Assembly (NCBI GenBank): GCA_964016885.1
Contig: OZ024744.1
Coordinates: 98,704,001 to 98,768,000 of the forward strand
Reading direction: 5' to 3'
Source: Eledone cirrhosa
Taxonomy: Eukaryota
DNA length: 64,000 bases
Part shown: piece after piece, positions 41,696 to 52,900 of the stretch
How the letters are laid out: every line of letters begins with the position of its first letter
How positions within the stretch are numbered: position 1 is the first letter of the stretch
Program-made: the position numbers and the translations under genes
Notes under the pieces: generated by a model
Told to the model about the DNA's origin: nothing
Database searches by the model: none
Seen by the model: only the letters and a program-made list of their open reading frames with translations

Positions 41696-44600
41696 ATTGA
41701 ATTAGTAAAAGAAAAAAAAAAAATTAGTAATGAAAATATGTAGAATACCAACTATAATTATTAGTTTTATAAAAAAATTATGAGTATGCAGAAACCAAAA
41801 TTAAAGCAAAACACTGCAGCAAAGAGCATCACTAATAAAAAGCCATCCACAACTTACCTGAATGCATATGTTCTTTGATGCCAACTCAGTTGTCCTCGAA
41901 TACTATATGCAATAGCTGTCACAAATTCCCCACCAAGACCTATATATAATATAAAAACAAAAAAACATTCGCATGATATAAATATATATACATATACACA
42001 CATACATACTGTATATACATATTTTGTCTTAAAAATGTGTCTGTATATATAATATCAGTTTATCAAGAAATGTCTGTTAATATTGTGTTAGCCTTCATCA
42101 TTATCATTTAATGTTTGCTTTCCCTGCTGGCAAGGGTTGGATGGGTCTACATAGACCAAGTCAGTTACGAAGCAGGGCTACTGACATTCCAGACAGGCTG
42201 AAGGGGTTAGACGGATTGTCCAGATGACCTTGTCCTGCTCACACTGGACTGATTTTGGCTTGGTTTCTAAGACAGGATGCCCTTCCTATTGCCAACTGGA
42301 TTTACAGTGTGTACTGGGTTCCTTTTATCGTGACAATAATTTAACTAATACTTATACTATAAACAACACTAACCTACATATTAGTTAAATTATTTGTATT
42401 GAAACATTTGTAAGGTCCTAAATGCTTTAGGAAATCTATTCTAACATCTCTTTTATATTCTATCTATAATGACAAATACATTTAGCTTAAATATATCATT
42501 AACTGGCAATTTTGATTGTTTTTAGTTATATCAGTGATTAAATCTTAGTCTTGCCTTATCTATTATAGGTCTCCAAGCCCCCATCAGAGGGGTTACTATA
42601 GAAACTCCTGTATGCTTATAACTTAGTTCATATAACTGACTCTGAAGAAGATTAAGAAGAAATTCCAGATAGTGGTCTATGTTGGTAAAAATGAGTTGAA
42701 TAATGTTTATAAAATTAAATATGTGCATTGTAAATTGTTTCGATAAGTTAATAAAATGTTAAATTAAAATATTTCATCTTATCCCTGTACAGAATTAATG
42801 AGAATGTTACAAAAACTATATTAAGTTTTATTTATTCTCTTATTGAATTTGATGCCTGTATGCCAAAGCTGGGGTAAGATTGAAAAGTTAATGGCTATCA
42901 TCTGTGTAAAAGGAGCTTATCATTAGAAGTGACAAGCAGATCATAAATTTAAAATAGAATAAAGAGGAGATAATCAGGCCCAGAAGTAAACTAAAGTTAA
43001 TAGGTAAGAAAGAGAATGTAATGCCATCGGTTTAATTCTCAGACAGGCTGCTGTGTTGTGTTCTTGAGCAAAACACTTTATTTCACATTGCTCCAGTATA
43101 CTCAGTTGAGAGTGAGTAGCAGCAGTACCTGGGAAGTTAAAAATGCAATAGACCAGTGTCCTATCCAGAGAGGGTCTTGTACACTCAATCATTTAATGCC
43201 AGGGAAACTGGGGGTAAGCACCAGCCTGATGAGCATTCGTCTTAGAACAAACTTTAACTAACTAACTACGAAAGAGACATTATTCTTAATATCTTTAATC
43301 ATTATAGTTAATTATGCATTCACTATTTCTCACAGTTGTGCAAGATAAAAAAAGTAAAACAATAAAATAGAAAAGAAAATCATGTCAAAAAACAAAATTC
43401 CGAATAATTCAACTTCTCACCCAACTCTGCACAAAGTTTTATAGCAAATTCTTCAGGACTGTTATCAACCTCTGACATATCCCATTCAAACTGGTCCACT
43501 AAGGAGATGTTACCAACATGTATGTTTAACTGGAAGAGTAAGGACATGAAACAAAACCATTAAAATATGAACAACTATATAATTTCATTAGGTGAGTAAA
43601 TATATATATATATAAACAGGTAAAATTCCATTATAGCAATTATCATTATAACAAATTTTTCAGTATGATGGAATTTCTTTTTCACCCCCAAAGTAATAAC
43701 AAACAAATGGTTGATTTGTTTTGGTCGATCTCATTATAAAGAATTTTTCGTTACAACAAATTTTTTTATACCCCATGAATAATATAATGGAATGTTACTG
43801 TATATATATATATCGTTTATAATTGAACATAAGCCAAGGACTAAAAAAGATGATGCTAAAATGGGAGGTTGGCTTATATATGCCATCCAAACAATGTGTT
43901 AATTAGCTGCCTCGGTTTATAAACGAGGTTGGATTTCCACCTATTTCTCAAACATAAAATAAGGGTGGGTCTATTTATATTCGAGTATGCATATATATAT
44001 ATAAAAATAACATAAAACATCACAAGCTTCAAAGATATCTTTAGCAGACTTATAAGCCATCATCAATGTATTAGTTTATAATCAATTTTCTATAATAGCA
44101 AAAACTGAATGAGAATTCTTACCTATCACCTCACAGATTAAAAAAAATTTTCATATGTAATTTTTAGTCAAAAAAAAACGTACTAAAATATATTCCTTCT
44201 TTAAAAAAAAAAAAAAATATATATATATATAGTGTGTTTGTATGTGAAAAGCTTACCTTTAAAATAACTCGCTGATCTGCCTGTTCTTCAAGAAGGTTAT
44301 CTAAGGGATAAGCTTCAATTTGCTGTCGAATTGCCTGAGCAATAGCTGGAACAAAGTTGAGTGGGTTAAGATCCAAATCATCACACAATATTTCTGCAAA
44401 CTGTTCAGGTGATATAAGGGCTTCTGTTGAGGGACAAAAATATACATTACAATATTCTCCAATTTATCTAAAACACATTTAATGGCAGCTAACAAATATA
44501 AGAAAATAAAATAAAATGGATAAGAAAAAAGACTTTACAATAAGGGTATCATCACCATCATAGTTTTTTTACGTCGTCTATTCAATGCTGGCATGGGTTG

Positions 44601-46891
44601 GTAGGAACTTTTTGAGGTAATGTTTTACAGCTGGACACCTTTCCCCGACAACAACCCTTTTACGACATACACACATACGGTGTGCCTATTCTAAACCATA
44701 TACACATAATGCTGAATAAATAGAAAATGTATGTTTGCTTACCATTTTTATTCCAAGTGAAACAATCTCGTAATTTCTGACCATCAAATTCCATGTCTAA
44801 ACGAATTGGAATTAGCACTTCAGAGGTAGAAGCATTTTCATGTATTTGTGATGGATCTGTGTCATCAAAACTAAAAATAGAAGACAGGATGTTCATAATT
44901 AGATCAGTGAATACACCAAGAAGTTATAACCAACAAGAACGCCTCTAGTTGGTTGGTTGACCTGTTATAAATAATAACCACAATCTGATTTAGGCACAAG
45001 GCCAACAGTTTTGGGGGGGAGGGGAAATCGATTGGTGCCTTATTTTATTGACCCTGTAAAGATGAAAGGCAAAGCTATCCTTGGGATTTGAACTAAGAAT
45101 CTAAAATGCCGTAACTCTAAACCACAAAACATGTCCGATGCCTTACCAATACTGCCAATCCACCACCTTAGACTTGCTAGATATAATAACTACAATCTCC
45201 TACAAACTTCTAAAAAGAGAGCTGGAATATTTTTTATCAAAGGTCTGCTAGGTCTGTGCAGAAAAACATGCAAATAATTGCTGATAGTGACCTTTTTTTA
45301 CCATATTTTTTAACAACAGACACTGCCTATGATTTCCAAATAATTTTGAAAATATTCAAATAACTTCATTATTAAGCTGATGTATCGAGCATAACTTAAA
45401 GGTTGCTACATTAAATTATGATGGAATAGTTAGCAGTAGAGGCACACATAAAACAACGTAAATAGAATGGGCAGATGGCTCATTAACAGATTCATTTCTA
45501 GGTTATCTAATTAGTGCTGAAGATTGTGAGAGTATAGTAAGTAGACAGAGTAAGGAAGGATAGAAGAAATTCAAAGAGCTGCTATATGTTAACAACAAAG
45601 GGATTATTTCAATGATAAAGGGCAGGCTATATAAAGTGAGATACTGCATGATAATGGGATGAATTTCATCACCATTTCGTGGGTTAGGTTTTCACGTTGT
45701 GAGGTTAGATAGGCCAGGTGACAACATCTTGCTCATACGATCTGATTTTATTATTATTATTGGTTTTCTGCAGCCAGATGCCTTTTCTAACGCCTAATGT
45801 GAAAGAAATACTAAGGTTGGAGAAAAATGAGCATAATCTGTTGGTAATGAAGGATTAACTTGTATGGAACATCATCAACATCTTTACATTTGTTTTTTCA
45901 TTCTTGCAATGGGTCAGACAAGTTTGATCCAGTACAGCAGACCTATACTGTCTCTTTTCTTTGTAAAGGTTCAGCATAAGTGAAAACTGTTGTTGAGCAT
46001 TGAAAGCTAATGTATGCAAGAAAAAGACTGATGATATGAAGATGGAGAAAGAATGTTGGGTGGAAAATGCCATGTACTAACACTGGAATATACCCAGATG
46101 ACAGAGAAAGACTAGGGAAGAGACGAGAGTAAAAGAATGCTGCATCCTAACACCTTGGGCCACATAGACAAGATGAAAGAGTTGAAAAGATTAGCAATAA
46201 GACTCATAAATCATTATCAGTAAGGAATATTGGACAATAAAACGATGACAATGGTACTTATTTCTAACATAGGTACAAGGTCACAAATTTGGGGGAGGGA
46301 GCAAGAGGATGAAATCAAACCCAGTACTTGACTGGTACTTTATTTTATTAACCGTGAAATGATGATAGGCAAAGTTGACTTTGGTGGGATTTGAACACAC
46401 ACCATCATTCATTTCATTTTTGCTTTGAACTCTTGACATGGGTTTAACAAGATTTTCTATGATTAGATTCCCTGAAACCAATGCATTACATCATAGAATG
46501 TATTATTTATGTGGGACATAAACAAACATCACCACTTTCTTTTAAATGGTTTTGATATGAAGTACTATATTTCCCGCTGCTGAAGACGCTTCGTCCTCGG
46601 GGACACACCAATTTTGACAACCAAAAATTAAAAAAAAAAAAAATAACAACCTTTGGCCTCCAGGACGCATGGTAGGTTTTTGAGACTTATTTTAGGAAAA
46701 AAAGTAGCGTCTTCAACGCCGGGAAATGTGGTAGCTTGCAGCAACACACACACATATAATGGACTTCCACACAGTTACCACTTATTGTATTTCACTTGTA
46801 GAAGACATTTGTTAAAGGTGCCTTGCACTGAGACAGAGCCAGGGAAACATGATAGCATTACCAAACTCAGTCATGTCTGGGTACAACACAC

Positions 46892-46933
<42 letters not shown>

Positions 46934-49900
46934 AGTGTCTTCCCCGGGTTCAATCAGAAGTAACCAAAGTGAGTAAGATACTCAATACATTGGTAGAGTG
47001 TAAACATCAAGTTTAATATAGAAATAGCTTCTACACGACTAGATCTGTTTCATTCAAAAGAAATCAGAAAAGCTCTTTCTTGGAAATTTCTTTTGCCATT
47101 TCTATATTAAACTTGATATATACATAGAGAACGAGACATACATAACTGTTTAACATCTAATTTTCCCCAGGTTTGATGGACTATCATATATTGAGGCTAG
47201 ACAAGGCAGGCAAATACGTTTTGATCATGTTCCATTTTTTGCTTGGTTTTCTATAGCTGGATGCCTTTCCTTACCCCAACAACATTACAGCATGCACTGG
47301 TAGCATTTTATCATAACTCCGATACTACAACTTTACAGCGCAGACTGGGTGTTTACACACACACACACATACATACATATGTTCGAAAGTGGTGTTCCAG
47401 CATGGCCTTGAACATGACTAAAACAAAATAACAATCTAAAGACATAAAACACTACACCTGACCCCTATCTATATATATCAATACAAAAATGTGTATCTGT
47501 ATGTACGCGATGCATTTTCAGTTTCCATTTGATTTTGTTCAAATTTGATACATAGGTTATTTAGCTCCCGGAGCATGTCAACAAATAGTTTAAATCTTTC
47601 TCTCCCCTAAAATAGCAGAGTTCTGAGGCTATTTAAAGATGGCCATGTTGAAAAGAGAGGGGATGTTTATTTACAGTGGCGAAAGGTGTGCCCGGCAATA
47701 GCAAGCTCTTTTGCTAGTAATTAATAAATACAAAAAAAAAAAAAAAACTAAACTACTCACCATAATGGAAATGTCCTCATTTTATTCTTGCCAAGTCGAT
47801 TCCGATTAATAGGTGTAGAACATGGTACAGCATCCAAATGATGTGAACTACTGGGAAGAGCTGGCACCCAATTGTTGCGTTTAGATTTGTTTTCTCTTTG
47901 TAAATAAATATAAAATGAAACAGTACAAGTTTTCAAATCAGAAATAAAATGTATTTTATAAAGTATAAAATAACAAACAAGCTGTTGAAAAGAATGCAAT
48001 TAATTTGCAAAAATGCTTAAAATTAATGAAAATTGCCACCAAAATTTAATTAGAAAGAAAGTAATTTACAAAATAATTTAACATATTTTCATTGAAAGAA
48101 AAAAAGACAATAGAAACAAACAATTAAAAAAATGGAAAAATGAAATTGCTTGGTCAATTATTTTAATTGTTTTAGCAAGTTGCAGCAATAATTTTTAAAA
48201 AAAAGAAAAAAAAAAAAAGGAAGAAAGAGAGACAAAGGAAGGGGGGGAAAAAAAAAATCAGAAATTTTTTTATCAATGAAGATCCTTTCCATTGAGATTA
48301 TTTTACTTATTAATCATAAAATCATTTAGAATAATTAATTGCAGCTTGTCCTTTGAAACATTAGTACTGTGTACTAATGAAATTTAAAGTTAACAAATGC
48401 AATGATAAAATATTGATTGAAATATAAATGCCAGATCTATCAGGTTTGGTTTAAAAGGCAACTTGAGATAATTTGATCGAAAGAACAAAGGTACTACTTA
48501 ATAATTTATTTTAGAATAACAAAATTTAAACCTCGTGGGAAAGGGATCACTGGAAAGAGATACTGCTTTATACTTGTCATCATTTCCTTCAAAAATTTCA
48601 TCTACTTCTGGAGCTTTCAACAAAGTAATGTTAGTTGCAAGAGTATGTTGACCAAAACCTACAGAAAAAAATTTATATATTTATAAATAGAAATTCATGT
48701 ACATAATTGAATTAAAATTTACAAATATTAAATAGAAATGAAAAAACAATGATGTCTTTGATCAAGACGAAACGAGTGTATTTGAATACATATAAAAATG
48801 AGAAAGCTCATTGCTAGAACAGCTAAATGCTGTCGAAGACAGCGATGGGCAAAAATACCTAAGAGGACAGAGACCAGTGGCCAGTGGTCAACAGAAAGAC
48901 AATCCACAAGGTGGTCTCGGTCCTCTGAGGTATTTTTGTCCATTGCTGTCTTTGACAACATTTAGCTGTTTTAACGGCTGTTCTAGCGGTGAGTTTTCTC
49001 AATTTTATATGTATTGTATTCAAATATTAAATAGAATTTGCTAAATACTTGCTATGAAAATGACTTTTACAAATCTATATCATGTGTGTCCTTCAACATA
49101 TAAACAAGGTAACACAGACTTCAAAAAAAAGACCATGACATTTGTCTGTCACACATATATATATAATAGAATGTTGTCGTTTGCTTGAAGCATTGTGTAT
49201 AGTATATAAAATAGAAAATGATATGTTAAAGAGGGCTAAGACAATGTGAAATGGACAGTAAAATGAAGGCAACGAAAAAGTTGGCATTTATTATTATTAT
49301 TAAGGGCGGTGGATTGGGAGTATCGGTAGAGGGTCGGACGCCGCTTTGCAGCATAGTTATGGCCCTTTATGGTCTAAGGAAGACGGATTAGTGGTGTGTA
49401 ACACACACAGACAAACGTCGATTCCCCGAGAGTGACGGACAAGCATACTAGGCGACAGTGGAACGCGAGTTCAAATCCTGCCGATGTTAACTTTGCCTTT
49501 CATCCTTACGGGGTCGATAAAATAAAGTACCAGTAATGTACTGGGATAATTGCTGGCCTTGTGCCAAAAGTTGAAACAATTATAATCATTATTATTATCT
49601 TGTTTTTTTCTTGTCCTAATATTTTGGGACTTAAAAATCCCTTCCTCAGAGTATGGGGAACTCTCAGAACAAAACGATCTGGTCTTATCACTTTGAAATC
49701 AGATTTAAATATATATGTATATATATATAATTGTTTCTACTTTAGGCACAAGGCCAGCAATTACCCAGTGCATTACTGGTACTTTATTTTATCGACCCCG
49801 TAAGGATGAAAGGCAAAGTCAACCTCGGCGGGATTTGAACTCAGATCGTAAAGGGACGTAACTATGCTAGAAAGCATGGCGTCCGACACTCTACCGATAA

Positions 49901-52900
49901 TGTGGCCGTGTAGGTAACGGTAAAAAGTTCCCAGTTCCACAATGTAAATGTGGTTGGTGTTAGGAAAGGCATCCAGCCGTAGAAAACCTGCCAGATAGTC
50001 CTATATGAGCGAGACATGGTCACCCGACCAACCTTGCCTCAAGTGGGACAACTCCCGTCTAACCCATGCTAGCGTGGAAAATGGACGTTAAACGAAGATG
50101 ATGATGATATATGTATAATACATATAATTATCTTTCTGGTTGTTTGTGTGTGCATGTGTATTTTACCAGCAGCGTAGCAATGAATTTTTACTGGGATACA
50201 TAACATTGGAAATAGCCTAATTACTATATCTACACACACTTTATATCACAGATCATAATATATGTAAAGTGTCATACAGAGTGCAACTTTTTTTTGTACT
50301 CCATATAGTTCTGTGAATTTCCAAATACTGCAGAGACTTAAAAACAAATCTAATTTAACTCTTTAACATCCTGTAATGATTTAGCAGAAGATATCTAAAA
50401 ACAGGTTTTGTTGATTTAAATGTTTATTGTATCTTTACTAGTGGACAGATTGTTGTGAGAATTTACAGTATTAGCTCTTAACATCCTGTAATGATTTAGC
50501 AGAAAATATCTAAAAACAGGTTTGTTAATTCATGTTTATAGTATCTTTAATAATGCACAGATCTTTGTGAAAAATCGAATTTTTCTACTTTCCAAGAAAG
50601 TTTTCTAATGCTGTTTCATGTGATACAGGATGTTAAGAGTTAAAGAATAAACCAAATATTAAAAGAAAAAAGAAAATTACCCATTGCTGCTATCTTTTTT
50701 CTTTCTTCCACAGTAACCAGCCGGCGCCACATGGAAGGGTATTTCTTGTAAAGAGAACCTCGGAACAGACGAAGATAGTTCCCAACCTAAAAATATATTT
50801 TAAAAAAATATAGAAATGTTAACTTCATTTTTTTTTTTCGACATCCATTCTCTGCTGACGTATGATTTAATATATCAACTACATATGTCTTGTTGCTATA
50901 TAACCTCATTTCTAAAGTTCAAGTTTCAATATTATTCTAACTACTGACCTACCGTATATACTTGATACCACAACCCACTATATGTCTTAGAAATAGGCAA
51001 AAATCCAAACCCTGTTTATAAGCCAAGACAGCTAATCAATACACAATGTTTAGATGATGTAGTTTTAAAGTTCTAATGAAGTTTTCATATTTTGATATCT
51101 AAAATGTCTTAAGTGTCATTTAGAGTATAGTTTTTGTTTCACAACTCCATTACTTAATGATTTTTTTACCAAATTCTGACCATTTTGAAAGCCATATTCA
51201 TTAAAAGGAAAAAACAAGAAAAACAAATTTCACCTTCAAAGTGAAACCAGTGCCATGTTCTACCCAGTTCAATCAAGGTACATGGGTCTGTGAAATGCTC
51301 AGCCACTTACACATTAAATCACGATCAGGCTGTTCCAATGCTCAAACAACAGGAACACCCATCATTGACTATCAGCATGCATATGTCCTACCAGATATTA
51401 GATATCCAATCATAAACTTCAGTGGCTCTGCTTAAGTACTGTCTACTCTGTGATGGCACATCCAACTCTGGCTAACAGGGAAAAATGGACACTAAATGAT
51501 GAAACTTCTTAGTGATAGACAAAAAACAAGAAAGAAAGAAAAAATGCAATGATATGGAATTCAACAAAACACAATAAGAAATAGAAAATTACAAATTTAC
51601 TCTAAATCAAGAATACATTTTTCAAAGTTCTACTTTATTAAAGTCTGACCAAATATTTATTTTCACGGTAAAGCTTTACCTCACATAATATTGAATCTGA
51701 CATTTTGATATTTATTTTGAGAAAAATACCGTAACATCAGTATGAGTGGCCAGCTTGAACAGAAGATTTTGAAAATATTCAAGAATTTGAATGGATTTAG
51801 TGACATAGCTAACTTTCTCATTAAGCTAGTATTTGGAGTATAGCTTAAAGTTTCTTACAGAAATTTACAATGGAAGGTTTTTAGATTAATATAAACACTT
51901 TAACCCTTTTGTTACCATATTTCTAATAACATTTTTTTAAAGATTTTCAAATCTTTCTTTGCCCACTTATTCCTGAGAGGGTCGTGGGGGGCAGAGTCCC
52001 CAAACACTCCTTCCAGCAGGTCCTATCAGAAGCAACCATCTCCAACTGATCTGGCTGGATCACCAAGCATGACCAGCCAAGCTCATGGATGTTATCCAAC
52101 CATCTTGCTTGAAGTCTACCTTTGGGTTGCCTGCTGGTTGGTTTTTGCCTATAAAATCTATCCAGCGATTCTTTCCTGAGACATTCTAACCACATGCCCA
52201 TAGTATCGGAGCTAAATTTGGAGAAGTAATGGCTCTACCTGGAGTGATTCTCTGAGGTACGCACTTTATCGAGTAACATTACTTCAAAGATCCTTCAGAG
52301 AAACCTCATTCTAGCTGCTTGTATTCGCGATCGGATTCTTTCGGTCATTATCCAAGATTCATTTAATTTTGAAAATAACCAAGAATCAGTGGTTGTAGGA
52401 AATTCAGTTATACAACTTTCTCATTAATAAGCTGGTATTTGAGACATAACAAAGGTTCTTACAGAAAATTACACTTTAAAAACAGTTTGTATCAGAGAAC
52501 CAGAGGCAGTTTCTGGCAGTTTGGTAACAATTAAGCAAGACAATTATACAAATCTTAGTTTACTTAACCATTAGGAATAAATATTTGGTCATCTTGGAAT
52601 GTTAACACTTCTGATATATAGTTAGTTGATTCATTGTACACTGCAAAAGACTATTCGTTCAACTGAGGTTGCAAGTTATCTCAGAATACAAGTCACATCA
52701 AATTTGATTTTGAAATTGGATAGATTTAGTTTGTTCTAAAATAATACAATTTACCAAATATAGCAGCGTTTACCCATGTAAGCTGTAATGTTTACAAAGG
52801 TCTAAATCAAATAAAGTTATTGGCAGTATCAGACATCATCAAAAAGCAGAGTCAGATTGGCAGGGCCCTGGAGAGCAAAAGACAAAAATGCTAGTGAAGT

